Shown here: positions 51,021-61,673 of the stretch, in pieces
Position numbering within the stretch: the stretch's first letter is position 1
Layout: every line of letters begins with the position of its first letter
Source of the DNA: an uncultured delta proteobacterium
GTDB taxonomy: Bacteria; Desulfobacterota; Syntrophia; Syntrophales; UBA5619
NCBI GenBank assembly: GCA_963817385.1
Contig: CAWFOM010000005.1
Coordinates: forward strand, 416,001 to 480,000
Length of the DNA stretch: 64,000 nt
Direction of reading: 5' to 3'
Program-made: the position numbers and the translations under genes
Notes under the pieces: model-generated
What the model saw: the letters and a program-made list of their open reading frames with translations, nothing else
Database searches by the model: none
Told to the model about the DNA's origin: nothing

Positions 51021-52920
51021 ATGAAGATGCATTTGAAAAATCCCCATTTTTATCTGATGCTCCTCGGTGATGCCATCCTCTTCGCCGGGGCCCTCGTCCT
51101 CGCCTATCTCTTCCGGTTCGAGTTCTCTCTGGACGCCTTCTTTGCAGAGCAGCTCAGAACAATCTGGATTCCGATACTCCTGGTGAAGCTCTGCACCTTC
51201 TTCCTGTTCGGTCTCTATAAAGGCATGTGGCGCTATACGAGCACCAGGGATTTCTGGCGACTTCTGCAGGCCTCAGCGACCGCGACGCTCCTGATCATGA
51301 CGTTCATCTTTATATTTTATCGATTTGAGGGAGGGTATTCCCGGGCCGTCTTCCTGATGGACGGAGGGCTCACGTTCCTGTTCACCGGCGGCCTGCGCAT
51401 GGCCATCCGCTCTTTTTTTACGATGCGGGAACGGGAGAGCCAGGGAGTCTTTTTCCCTGCCGCCCAGCGCAAACGGATCCTCATCGTCGGCGCCGGATCC
51501 GCGGGAGAGAAGATCCTCCGGGAGATCATCGAGAATGATCATCTCCGTTACGCGGTCGTCGGTTTCATCGATGACGATCGGAGGAAGCATGGCAGATCGA
51601 TCCATGGCATACCGGTTCTCGGATCATTGCATGAAATTGCCAGGATCGTGGAAAATCTATGATGTCAAGGAGATCTTGATCGCCATTCCTTCCGCCACGG
51701 GTGATCAGATACGCCGTATCGTCACTGTCTGCAAGGCTTGTCAGATCGCCTACAAGACCCTGCCGGGGATTGGCGAGATCATTGATGGTCGGGTCAGCAT
51801 CAAGGCCTTGCGGGACGTCAATTATGAGGATCTCCTGGGACGCACCCCCGTGCAGCTCGACATGGGGGAAATTCGAGGCTATCTCAACGGTAAAATCGTC
51901 CTGGTCACCGGTTGCGGGGGGTCGATCGGGGCTGAGCTGTGCCGGCAGATTCTTCACTTCCAACCGCAGATCCTGATTCTGGTGGATGCAAACGAGGCAA
52001 ACCTTTTTCATATCGAGATGGAGCTTCACAACGAGCCGCACGGTGATCGATGCCGGGCGGTACTGGGCCGCATCCAGGATGAAAAGCTCATGACGGCCGT
52101 TTTTGAAAAATACCGTCCCCAGGTGGTATTTCATGCGGCGGCTTACAAACATGTGCCCATGCTCGAAACAAACCCTTGGGAGGCGGTGGTTAACAACATC
52201 ATCGGCAGTCGCGTCATCATGGAGATGGCCCGGAAGCACGGGACGGAACGGTTCGTCCTCGTTTCCACGGACAAGGCCGTCCGACCGACGAACGTAATGG
52301 GGGCAAGCAAACGGGTGACGGAATTGCTCCTGCATGGCTTGCAGGGAACGGGCACCCGCTTCATGGCCGTACGGTTCGGCAATGTGGTAGGATCTTCAGG
52401 GTCCGTCATTCCGGTGTTCCGGAATCAGATCGAGCAGGGGGGACCCGTTACGGTCACCCATCCCGAGGTGAGGCGGTTCTTTATGACGATCCCCGAAGCC
52501 GCGCAGTTGATCCTCCAGGCGGGGGGGATGGGGCAGGGGGGAGAAATTTTTATCTTAAACATGGGGACACCGGTGAAGATTGTCGATATGGCGAGGGATC
52601 TGATACGGCTCTCCGGCCGGGAGCCCGATACGGATGTGAAGATCGTCTTTACCGGCCTCCGGCACGGCGAAAAACTCTATGAGGAGCTGATCACCGTCGG
52701 GGAAGGGATTGTTCCGACGAAACACGACAAGATCATGGTCCTTCGCACCGACTCTCCGGCCGGCTTTCCCCCGTCCAAGCAGGAGCAGGATGCCTTGCTG
52801 GATGCGCAACTGGCGGAGTTGTCCGTGGCGGCCGATCGTTTCGATGCCCCGGCGATCAAGCAGAAGCTCCGTGAAATCGTTCCCGAATACCTGCCGCAGG
52901 ATACCGCAAGCGTTCTTTAA
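51021..52920 (+). CDS. UDP-GlcNAc 4,6-dehydratase (CapD/WbpM/PglF family); frameshift ~51650
   Basis: Four TM segments; EDLLGR, VTG.GGSIG, AAYKHVP, STDKAV.P, RFGNV. Confidence 0.9.
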
Positions 52921-52950
52921 GTGCCGGTTGTCTCCGACCGAAAGTGCCTG

Positions 52951-53124
52951 TCATGCGTCGAGATGCTTCGCCTCGTCGATGAGCATGATCGGGATATCCT
53001 CCCGGATCTCGTAGAGCAGACGGCAGCTCTCGCAGATGAGGCCGTCTTCCGCCTGATTCAAGCGCAGCTCACCTTTGCACTTCGGGCACGCCAATATCTC
53101 CAGCAGTTCCTTACTGACTCCCAT
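52951..53124 (-). CDS. Trm112/YcaR-family small protein (57 aa; absent from the ORF track)
   Basis: Manual translation MGVSKELLEILACPKCKGELRLNQAEDGLICESCRLLYEIREDIPIMLIDEAKHLDA. Confidence 0.9.
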   Translation of the reverse strand: MGVSKELLEILACPKCKGELRLNQAEDGLICESCRLLYEIREDIPIMLIDEAKHLDA

Positions 53125-54248
53125 CATTCACTCCTTCCAATTCCCGCCAGCATTTCCTCTGTCGCCGTAAAAACCTCTTCTACGGTGATCTCCTTCATAC
53201 AATTTCTTGTTTCACACCGCTTCCGGAAGCAGGGCATACAATCCAATTCGTGACGGATGACCCGGTGGCCAGCGCCGTAAGGACCCGTCCGCGCGGGGTC
53301 GGTCGGCCCGAAGAGGGCGATGACCGGGGTTCCCACCCCCACGGCGAGGTGCATGGGACCGGAGTCGGTCGTTATGACGAGGGCCGCCTGCCGGTAGAGG
53401 CAGGCGAGCTCCCGGAGTGTCGTCCTTCCGCCGAGATTGACGGCCTCCGTTGTCATCAGCGCCCGGATCCTGTCGAGCGGATCAGCCGCACTCCCCGTCA
53501 AGATCACCCCAATTCCCAGCTCCCGGCGGATTCGGTCACAGAGTTTGGCAAACTTCTCATCCTCCCAGAGTTTCGTCTCCCAGAAGGCGACCGGGTTGAC
53601 CGCCACAAAACGCCTTCCCGGCTTTCGCCTCCCGTCTGATTCAATCCGATTATCCCTACACCCGTTACCCGCCGTGAGGAGTGCCTCATGCTCGTTCATG
53701 AGGGCCTCCACGTGTCGCCGTTCCGTCTCCCCGATCGTGATCGTGAATGAGGGCGGCGCCGTGAGGCAGTCGGCCTGTACACCCTCTCCATCGGCAAGGT
53801 AGCGGATAAAGTCGAGGTAGCGATCCACGGCGTGCTTCCCCATCTCCTCGGTGATCTTTTCATTGTAGAACAGGCCGCTGAGTTCCTGGAGGCTGTCGTA
53901 ACCGAGCCTCCGCCGGCCGCCGCTTACGGCGACGATGACGGCGCTCTTCAGGAGGCCGTGGAAGTCGATGACAAGGTCATACGGGCGGCTGCGGAGAGCT
54001 TTGATAAATGCCCGCATTTCTCTCAAAGGAGTTGCGACCCGTCCATTCCGGATTTCCTTCAGCCAACGTTTCCGATGGGAGACGATGATCCGATTCAGAT
54101 CGGGGTGGTCGGTCAGCAGATCGGCGGCGGCTTCCTCGACGACCCAAGTGATATCCGAAGAGGGATAGCACCGCCGCAGGGCGGCGAGCGCCGGCAGCGT
54201 GTGGATCACGTCGCCGATGGCGCTCAGTTTGACGATCAGGATATTCAC
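53124..54248 (-). CDS. GT9 LPS heptosyltransferase (WaaC-like)
   Basis: ILIVKLSAIGDV, DSGPMHLA, LFGPT. Confidence 0.88.
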   Translation of the reverse strand: MNILIVKLSAIGDVIHTLPALAALRRCYPSSDITWVVEEAAADLLTDHPDLNRIIVSHRKRWLKEIRNGRVATPLREMRAFIKALRSRPYDLVIDFHGLLKSAVIVAVSGGRRRLGYDSLQELSGLFYNEKITEEMGKHAVDRYLDFIRYLADGEGVQADCLTAPPSFTITIGETERRHVEALMNEHEALLTAGNGCRDNRIESDGRRKPGRRFVAVNPVAFWETKLWEDEKFAKLCDRIRRELGIGVILTGSAADPLDRIRALMTTEAVNLGGRTTLRELACLYRQAALVITTDSGPMHLAVGVGTPVIALFGPTDPARTGPYGAGHRVIRHELDCMPCFRKRCETRNCMKEITVEEVFTATEEMLAGIGRSE

Positions 54249-54889
54249 CGTTTTCGGTCCTTCAGGAGCCATCGTACGGCAGCGAGAATGTCTTCGGCGA
54301 TGTGGACGGGTCGTATGACTGCCTCCTCCCCATGCGGACGGACCTCTTCGCCGGGGCTCTTCTGCTCCGGTCCTTCCATGATATCCAGCGCAGCGGCGGC
54401 TTCGGCGCCGTAACCGGTCCGGACGAGGATCCCTCTCGCTCCGATCCTTGCGGCCGCCTCGATATCCTTCAAGGTGTCTCCTACCATATAGGAGCGTTCC
54501 GGTTCAAGGGAGAGTTCCTCAATGGCCCTGAGGAGAAGCCCCGGCGAGGGTTTCCGGCAGTTACAGCTCCGGAGGTATCTCCCCCGGCCTTCTGTCGGGT
54601 GGTGGGGGCAGAAATAACAACCGTCGAGGGAGGCCCCCTCCTTCTGGAGCATCTCACGGAGGTGCGTATGAACCTCATCAACAAAGGCCTCGGTGAAAAA
54701 CCCCCGGGCGACGCCGGACTGGTTGGTTACGACGACCGCCTTCATGCCGCTTTTGTTGATTAGGCGGATCGCCTCGGCGGCGCCGGGAACCAGACGAAGT
54801 TTTTCCAGGCGGTCGAGGTACCCCACCTCTTCGTTGATCGTTCCGTCGCGGTCCAGAAAAACCGCCGCCTGATGTTTTTCCTTGGCCAT
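54245..54889 (-). CDS. gmhB: Heptose 1,7-bisphosphate phosphatase
   Basis: FLDRDGTIN, TNQSG, CPHHP..C.CRKP, MVGD. Confidence 0.92.
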   Translation of the reverse strand: MAKEKHQAAVFLDRDGTINEEVGYLDRLEKLRLVPGAAEAIRLINKSGMKAVVVTNQSGVARGFFTEAFVDEVHTHLREMLQKEGASLDGCYFCPHHPTEGRGRYLRSCNCRKPSPGLLLRAIEELSLEPERSYMVGDTLKDIEAAARIGARGILVRTGYGAEAAAALDIMEGPEQKSPGEEVRPHGEEAVIRPVHIAEDILAAVRWLLKDRKR

Positions 54890-54912
54890 CAATCCCGACC
54901 TCCAAATCGCCC

Positions 54913-56011
54913 TCACGAAACCTCCTCACCGAGGTTTTTCTCGTTCATCGATAGGATCTTGTGCGCCGCCGCATACACCTCATCCACGCCGATCATCTCC
55001 ATGCAGCGGAAGTCGGTCGGACAGACCGGCTTCAGGCAGGGGCTGCACGAGCACAGCGTGATGGATGACGATGCTCTTCTCCCCCACGGGCGATGTCGTG
55101 GCAGGGTTCGTCGAGCCGAAAATCGCGATCGTGGGAATCCCCAGCGCCCCGGCGACATGCATCAGGCCGGAATCGTTTGAGAGGAAAAGAGTGCAACGCG
55201 CGATCAGGGCCATCGCCTCCTTGAGGTTCGTTCTCCCGGCGATATCGACCAGGGGGTGGTGGGCTCTCCGCGCCACCGCGGTGGTACTTTCCCTGTCACT
55301 GGTGCTGCCGAAGAGAATCGCCTGCGCGCCGGTGTCGTCGATCAGGCGGTCGGCGACGGCGGCAAACCGTTCCGGGAGCCATTTCTTCGCCGGCCCGTAG
55401 GCGGCGCCGGGTGCGATGCCGATCAGCGGGCTGCCTTCCGCAATGCCGAACTGGTCCAGGAGGCTCTTCGCCGTTTCATCATAGTCCTCCCCGGGTCGGA
55501 GGCGGACGTTACGCTCCGCAACGGTGCAACCGAGCGCCCGCACCATCTCCCGGTAGTAGTCGATCTGATGAACCGACCGGATCGCCTCTGTCCGCCGGAC
55601 CGAATGGGTGAGGAGAATCCCCCGCCCGTCGGAGTTGTAGCCGGCCCGAAGCGGTATGCCCGCGAGGCGGGCCAGAATGGCCGCCTCGATCGCGTTCTGC
55701 AGAAGGATAGCGCAATCGAAACCGTAACTTCTGAGTTCGCCGGCCAGTCGCCACCTTCCCAGGACGCCGGCATGGCGTCCCGGTTCGGCAAAGAGGATGA
55801 TCTCGTCCACGTCCGGAGAGAGCCGATAGACCTCGGCGACCCAGGGCTTTGCGAGGACGGCGATCCGGGCGCGGGGCCACGTCTGCCGGATGGCGGCGAC
55901 GGCGGGGAGCGTCATGACGACGTCCCCGATCCAGTTCGTTCCCCGGATCAGCACCCGTTCGATCCCCTCCGCGGGGAGCCTTTTTCCTCCTCTGACCTGC
56001 AGTTGCATCAT
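54913..56011 (-). CDS. waaF: LPS heptosyltransferase II; frameshift ~55050
   Basis: NWIGDVVM, PGAAYGPAKKW, NDSGLMH; CSPCLKPVCP tail in the shifted frame. Confidence 0.88.
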
Positions 56012-56037
56012 GTGTTTCCTACACTACCATTTCAAAC

Positions 56038-56230
56038 GATGATTTGGGCCCTGTCGTTTTGTAACGGTCGATTCGGAGATTTTCCCGGGTTACCGTGCCA
56101 CCGCTGCGGAGCGGCCGCCGGGAAAACTGTCTGAGCGCGAAGCGCGAGTTTTTTCCCGGCAGCGGAGCGAGGATGAGCAGGGTCGGGAAAAGATCCTGAG
56201 CCCGCACAAAGCGACAGAGCCCAAATCATC
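56038..56230. repeat. Structured intergenic repeat, copy 1
   Basis: 25-bp terminal inverted arms (2 mismatches); core GCCGGGAAAA-CTGTCTGAGCGCGAAGCGCGAG-TTTTTTCCCGGC. Confidence 0.85.
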
Positions 56231-56237
56231 CCACCCC

Positions 56238-57212
56238 TCACTCCTTCCGGCGGACCTGGCACCGCTGAGTCTTCCAACGCTGATGGACCCAAAACCACTG
56301 ATCGGGATACCGCCGGACCGTCTCCTCTATGACCTTAGTGAACCGCTGGGTGTTCGCGAGGACATCCGCATTCCGGTCACCCGTACGGGCCACCTCCACC
56401 TCCGGTCCGATCACCAGACGGTACCGCCCGTCAGGGAGCCTGACTATATAGCCGGGGAGGACGGGCGCTTTGGTGTGGAGGGCCAGAAGCGCAAGTCCAT
56501 CTGTCGTGCAGGCCGGCCGGCCAAAATAATCGACAAAGACCCCTTCGTACCAGGCGACGTTCTGGTCGATGAGAATGCCCACGATCTCATTGTGCTTAAG
56601 GCTCCGGATCATCGCCCGCATCGCGTGTTCCTTGGGGAGGAGGGTATTACCGCTAGCCGATCGGACCCGGAGCACGAGGTGTTCGAGCAGTGCGCTGTCG
56701 AGTTTGCGGTAGATCACGACCGCTGGTTTGATCAGGATGGCCGCCGCCGCCGCCGACAGCTCCCAGTTGCCGAAATGGCCGGTGAAGAAGAGGACGCCCC
56801 GGCCTTTTTCGAGGGCTCGCAGGCAATGCTCCAGACCCTCGGCTTCGACAAATTCCCCGATGTTCTCCTTCGTAAGACAGGGGATGTCAAAAAATTCCGC
56901 AGCCATGATTCCCATGTTCCGGTAAACGCTCCGGGCGATCCGGAGGATCTCGTCGTCGGATTTTTCCGGGAAAGCGCGCCGGAGGTTATAGGCGGCGATC
57001 AGCCGCTGCCGCGGAACGAGGAGGTAGAAAAGCCGGGAAAGACCGGTGAACAGGGCCCTTCGCAGGGAGACGGGGATCCCCTGAAAGCAGGTGAGCAGAA
57101 TATCGGCAAGACGCTGGACGATCACCGGCTGTACCTCATGATTGCACAATTTTCCAGAAGACTGATGAGCGGGGGAAGTGGCTTTGTGAAAAGCAAAGAC
57201 CATTTCCACCAA
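56238..57212 (-). CDS. Lipid A late acyltransferase (LpxL/HtrB family)
   Basis: GHFGNWE, ILIDQ, PDQWFWVH.RWK; start uncertain. Confidence 0.9.
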   Translation of the reverse strand: MVEMVFAFHKATSPAHQSSGKLCNHEVQPVIVQRLADILLTCFQGIPVSLRRALFTGLSRLFYLLVPRQRLIAAYNLRRAFPEKSDDEILRIARSVYRNMGIMAAEFFDIPCLTKENIGEFVEAEGLEHCLRALEKGRGVLFFTGHFGNWELSAAAAAILIKPAVVIYRKLDSALLEHLVLRVRSASGNTLLPKEHAMRAMIRSLKHNEIVGILIDQNVAWYEGVFVDYFGRPACTTDGLALLALHTKAPVLPGYIVRLPDGRYRLVIGPEVEVARTGDRNADVLANTQRFTKVIEETVRRYPDQWFWVHQRWKTQRCQVRRKE

Positions 57213-57227
57213 TCCTTCTCCCGTTTA

Positions 57228-58307
57228 TTAATACGCAACGCGGGAAAAAATCAACTCTGCAAATGGTTCGGCGGGCGTGATATGCATCCCGATCCGGAGG
57301 AGGGAAATCTCCGCCAAGAAATCGGGGAAGTCGGCAAGGCGGATGCCATCCTTCTCCGTCGTGACGATCCGTCCGGCGCCGCTCTCGCCGGCCTGACGTC
57401 GGAGGGCTTCAAGATCGTGCAGTGTATAGGGATGGTGGTCGGGGAATGCCCGGAAGGCAACGACTTCCGCGCCCAGTGCCGTCAGGCTCTGCCGAAAGGC
57501 CTCCGGAGATCCGATCCCGGCAAAGGCGTACACCTTTACCCCTCGCAGCTCCGTGAGCGGCAACGCGCATCCCGTAGCCGCTTCAACAAGCTCCCGCGGC
57601 CGGTGGAGGCCGCGGAAGATCGGCAGGGGAGGTACTCCCTGGGGAGGGGCCTCTTTCCCCGTTCCGCCCGTCCTGATGAGGAGGTGGGCGCGATGCAGGG
57701 CTTCCTGCGGTTCGCGGAGCGGTCCCCGCGGGAGGAGACAGCCGTTTCCGAAGGGGCGCGCCGCATCGAGCATGACGATGTCAAGGTCCCGGAAGAGCGC
57801 CCGGTGCTGGAAGGCGTCGTCGAGGATCAGAACGTCCGCGCCGAAACGCTCCACGGCGACCCGGCCCGTGAGGATGCGCCTGGGGCCGGTCAGGACGGGC
57901 ACCCCCGGTACGGCTCCGGCGATCAGGACCGGTTCGTCTCCCGACTGCCTCCACTCCGTGAGAATGCGTTTCCCGTCGGAGACGGTATTTATGCGGGCCT
58001 GACCGCTTCCGCCGTAACCCCGGCTCAGGACGGCAGGCCTGCGGCCCTTTTCCCGGAGCATAGTGGCGAGGAGGATGACCGTCGGTGTCTTTCCGGTTCC
58101 TCCCACCGTGAGATTTCCCACACTGACGACGGGGCAGGGGAGTTTCTCCTGCCGGAGAAGCCCCCGGTCGTACAGCCGGTTTCTTGCGGCAACGGAGCTG
58201 CGGTAGGGAAGCGAAAGGAGCCGAAGGCAGACACGGATCACCCCGGTCGAGTCTCCCGGCCGCTCCTCGTTCCATATCTTCTGCACCCGCTCCTGAAGGG
58301 TCTTCAT
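57228..58307 (-). CDS. lpxK: Tetraacyldisaccharide 4'-kinase
   Basis: VGNLTVGGTGKTP, SRGYG, DDAFQH, TTEKD. Confidence 0.95.
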   Translation of the reverse strand: MKTLQERVQKIWNEERPGDSTGVIRVCLRLLSLPYRSSVAARNRLYDRGLLRQEKLPCPVVSVGNLTVGGTGKTPTVILLATMLREKGRRPAVLSRGYGGSGQARINTVSDGKRILTEWRQSGDEPVLIAGAVPGVPVLTGPRRILTGRVAVERFGADVLILDDAFQHRALFRDLDIVMLDAARPFGNGCLLPRGPLREPQEALHRAHLLIRTGGTGKEAPPQGVPPLPIFRGLHRPRELVEAATGCALPLTELRGVKVYAFAGIGSPEAFRQSLTALGAEVVAFRAFPDHHPYTLHDLEALRRQAGESGAGRIVTTEKDGIRLADFPDFLAEISLLRIGMHITPAEPFAELIFSRVAY

Positions 58308-58335
58308 GCGGACCTACCAGTGCCAATATACGGTA

Positions 58336-58517
58336 ATGGAAATGGAACTTCGCGAGGGGCGCATTGGAGGTTTTTTCGGCCACTATGCCACTTGAGCGGA
58401 GCGCCCGCCGGGAAAATTGTCTGAGCGCCTGCAAGGCGCGAGTTTTTCCCCGGCAGAGAAGCGAGGATGAGCATGGTCGGAAGAAGATCCCGCGCCCCGG
58501 CGAAGACCATTTCCCAT
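58336..58517. repeat. Structured intergenic repeat, copy 2
   Basis: Same core (TGTCTGAGCGCCTGCAAGGCGCGAG) with different self-complementary outer arms. Confidence 0.85.
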
Positions 58518-58529
58518 GGCTCCGTCCCT

Positions 58530-60320
58530 CTATTCCTTTCCATTTCCGTTTCCGTCCTTCCCCTCCCCGTTTCCCCGCCCGTTCTCCTTGAACTGCAAGT
58601 TATAGAGGCGACAGTATTCCCCTTGACAGGTGAGGAGTTGTTCGTGCGTCCCCTCTTCACGGATCTCGCCGTTGGCCAGGACGATGATCCGGTTCGCGTT
58701 CCGGATCGTGGAGAGGCGATGGGCGATGACCAGCGTCGTCCTCCCCTTCATCAGATTTTCCAGAGCGTCCTGAACCTCGATCTCCGCCTCCGAGTCAAGG
58801 GAGGAGGTCGCCTCGTCAAGGATCAGGATCGGGGCGTCCTTGAGGAGGGCGCGGGCGATGGAGATCCGCTGCCGCTCCCCGCCGGAGAGTTTCGTCCCCT
58901 GCTCGCCGATGAGGGTGTCGTACCCCATGGGCAGGCGCACGATGAATGCGTGGGCGTTGGCGGCCGTTGCTGCGGCGATGATCTCCTCCTCAGTTCTTGC
59001 GATATCACCATAGGCGATGTTGTTGCGTACCGTGTCGTTGAAGAGGATCGTCTGTTGGGTGACGATCGCGATCTGCCCCCGGAGAGACTCGATCGTCACG
59101 TCGCGGATGTCGCGGCCGTCGATGAAGATCGCCCCTTCCGTGACATCGTAGAAGCGGGGGATCAGGTTGACAAGCGTCGTCTTTCCCCCGCCACTCGTCC
59201 CCACGAAGGCGACCACCTCTCCCGCCCGGATCGCCAGATTGATATTCTTCAGGACCGGCGCATCCTCGTAGCGGAAGGTGATGTTCCGGATCTCGATTGC
59301 CTGAGAGATCCGGGGCAGGGGGAGGGCGCCGGGTGCATTGCGGATCTCCGGGACCAGGTCGATGATACCGAAGACCCGCTGGGCGCCGGCGATTCCCTGC
59401 TGGATCGTGTTGTTCACGTTCGTCAGTCGCTTGACCGGCTCGTAGAGCATGATGAGTGCGGTGAGAAAGGAGAAGAATGTCCCCGGTGTTGATTGACCGT
59501 GGATGACCTGATAGCCGCCGTAGAAAATGATCGCCGATATGCCGAGCCCCCCGAGGAATTCCATGAAGGGGCTGGAGACGGCGGTGATCGAAACCGCTTT
59601 CAGATAGAGGCGAAAGAGGCGCTCATTTTCCCCGGAAAACCGTTTGTTTTCGTACTCCTCCATGCTGAATGCCTTGACTATCCGGGTCCCCGAGATCGTC
59701 TCCTGGAGAAGGGTGGTCAGACTCCCCAGGGTGACCTGCGTCCGTGTCGCCACCTGCCGCATCTTCTGGCCGAATTTCGCGATGGGGTAGACGGCGAGCG
59801 GGAAGACGAACATGGCGATGATGGCGAGCTGCCAGTCCCGGTAGAAGATGACAAAGATCAGGCAGACGAGCGTGAAAGAGTCCTTGAGAAGGGCGGTAAC
59901 CGCCTCCGAGACGGCCCCCTGGATGTAGGATACATCGTTCGTGATCCGGGACATGAGTGTGCCGGTCGGATTTTTCGTGAAGAAGGAGAGTGATTGGGTC
60001 TGGATCTTCCGGTAGAGTGACGCCCGCATGTCGGCCACGATCCGCTGGCCGATAAAGTTCATGAGAACCGTCTGGGCATAGTTGCATGCCCCTTTCGTGA
60101 GGTAGATCCCGACGACCGCGAGAGGGATCCATGTCAGCATAGCGGCGTTTTTTTTCAGGAAGATTTCATCGAGCGTTGGCTTGACGAGAAAGGCGAGTGC
60201 CGAGGTTGTCGCTCCGACGACGAGCATGCAGATCATGGCGATGGAAAATTTAGTCGCATGCGGCTTCGCCAGTTTCAATAACCGTTTAAATACATCCACA
60301 ACCGATTCTCCTCTTCCCAT
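58530..60320 (-). CDS. msbA: Lipid A flippase ABC transporter
   Basis: TMD plus NBD; GTSGGGKT, LSGGERQR, DEATS; located between lpxB and lpxK. Confidence 0.92.
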   Translation of the reverse strand: MGRGESVVDVFKRLLKLAKPHATKFSIAMICMLVVGATTSALAFLVKPTLDEIFLKKNAAMLTWIPLAVVGIYLTKGACNYAQTVLMNFIGQRIVADMRASLYRKIQTQSLSFFTKNPTGTLMSRITNDVSYIQGAVSEAVTALLKDSFTLVCLIFVIFYRDWQLAIIAMFVFPLAVYPIAKFGQKMRQVATRTQVTLGSLTTLLQETISGTRIVKAFSMEEYENKRFSGENERLFRLYLKAVSITAVSSPFMEFLGGLGISAIIFYGGYQVIHGQSTPGTFFSFLTALIMLYEPVKRLTNVNNTIQQGIAGAQRVFGIIDLVPEIRNAPGALPLPRISQAIEIRNITFRYEDAPVLKNINLAIRAGEVVAFVGTSGGGKTTLVNLIPRFYDVTEGAIFIDGRDIRDVTIESLRGQIAIVTQQTILFNDTVRNNIAYGDIARTEEEIIAAATAANAHAFIVRLPMGYDTLIGEQGTKLSGGERQRISIARALLKDAPILILDEATSSLDSEAEIEVQDALENLMKGRTTLVIAHRLSTIRNANRIIVLANGEIREEGTHEQLLTCQGEYCRLYNLQFKENGRGNGEGKDGNGNGKE

Positions 60321-60350
60321 TCCCGTGTTCTATTTATTAATCCCATGCGG

Positions 60351-60527
60351 ATGAAAAGTATCTTCATGAGAGGCGCGTTGGAGATTTTTCCGGGCACCAT
60401 GCCACCTTGAGCGTAGCGCCCGCCGGAAAACATGTCTAAGCGCGAAGCGCGAGTTGGTTTTCCGGCAGCTTTTGCGAGGATGTGCATGGTCGGAAAAAGA
60501 TCCGCGCCCTGATGAAGATCTTTCCAT
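60351..60527. repeat. Structured intergenic repeat, copy 3
   Basis: Core GCCGGAAAAC-ATGTCTAAGCGCGAAGCGCGAG-TTGGTTTTCCGGC; outer arms ATCTTCAT/ATGAAGAT and GGCGCG/CGCGCC. Confidence 0.85.
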
Positions 60528-61673
60528 TTACTCACTTTTCTCCAACATGTCGCAGGCGATCCGTGCCGTTCGCTTTGCAGCCCCGGCTGTCCCCAGTTTC
60601 CCCCTGATTTCCGCAAGCGAAGCCTTCATCTCCTCTGCTTTCCCGCGCTTAACAAGGAGTTCCCTCACCTCCGCGGCAATCCGCTCCGGATTGGCATCAT
60701 CCTGGATCAACTCGGGGACGACGGACCGCCCGGCGATGATGTTCACCAGAGAGATATGGTCCACGCGGATGAACCTGCGGCCGACGGCATAGGAGGAGGC
60801 GGAGACCTTGTAGATGACGACCATCGGTGTCTCCAGAAGAGCCGTTTCCAGGGTGGCCGTTCCCGAGGCGACGATCGCCACGTCGGAGACGGCAATGACG
60901 TCGTAGATCTCGTCCCGGATGACATTGACCGTGACGGGAAACTGCCGGAGGATATCCCGGACGAAGTCGGGATCGAGCGTCCCGGCGAGCGGCAGAACAA
61001 ACTGCAGCGGGGAGAGCTTTTCCGTCAGGGTCCGGCAGGCCCTGAGCATCTCCGGCAGGAGCCGCGCCACTTCGGAGCGGCGGCTGCCGGGGAGAATGCC
61101 CACGGTGATCGCATCGCCCCGCAGGCCGAAGCGCTTCAACGCCTCTGTCCGCGGGTATTTTTTTCTCACTTCGTCCAGAAGCGGGTGTCCGACAAAGGTG
61201 ACATCCACACCGGCCTCCCGGTAAAATTTCTCCTCGAAGGGGAGGATGACCGCCATCCGATCCACGGATTTCCTGATGGTTTCGATCCGGCCCTTTCGCC
61301 AGGCCCACACCTGGGGGCTGATGTAGTAGAGGACCTTGATTCCGCGCTTTCGGGCGGCACGGGCGAGGGGAAGGTTGAAGTCCGGGTAGTCGATGAGGAT
61401 CACGAGGTCGGGTCGCTCTCCGGCGAGCGATGCCTTCAGGCGATGCATGACCCGGAGGATCGTCCCAAGCTTGAGGATCACCTCGGTCAACCCCACGACG
61501 GCCATGTCGGCGGCGTCGGCCAGGAGTTCGACTCCCTCCGCCCGCATCCGGTTTCCCCCGACGCCGTAAAAGGAGAGGGAAGGATCGATCGTGCGCATCG
61601 CCCGGACGAGATTTCCGCCGTGCAGATCGCCGGAGGCCTCCCCGGCGACAATCATGATCTTCCGTGTGTTCAC
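60528..61673 (-). CDS. lpxB: Lipid A disaccharide synthase
   Basis: AGEASGD, IDYPDFN, SPQVWAWR, LPGSR, SGTATLE. Confidence 0.95.
   Translation of the reverse strand: MNTRKIMIVAGEASGDLHGGNLVRAMRTIDPSLSFYGVGGNRMRAEGVELLADAADMAVVGLTEVILKLGTILRVMHRLKASLAGERPDLVILIDYPDFNLPLARAARKRGIKVLYYISPQVWAWRKGRIETIRKSVDRMAVILPFEEKFYREAGVDVTFVGHPLLDEVRKKYPRTEALKRFGLRGDAITVGILPGSRRSEVARLLPEMLRACRTLTEKLSPLQFVLPLAGTLDPDFVRDILRQFPVTVNVIRDEIYDVIAVSDVAIVASGTATLETALLETPMVVIYKVSASSYAVGRRFIRVDHISLVNIIAGRSVVPELIQDDANPERIAAEVRELLVKRGKAEEMKASLAEIRGKLGTAGAAKRTARIACDMLEKSE

Noticed and set aside
9272..56011. About a dozen single-base frameshifts read as programmed frameshifting, phase variation or mass pseudogenisation
   Set aside because: They are scattered, hit housekeeping waaF, show no shared slippery motif or long repeat tract, and the proteins are otherwise intact. 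Sequencing/assembly indels are the simplest explanation; read remapping is needed to confirm.
56283..58424. 713-aa plus-strand ORF
   Set aside because: Antisense shadow of lpxK and the lpxL-like gene in GC-rich DNA; no recognisable motifs.
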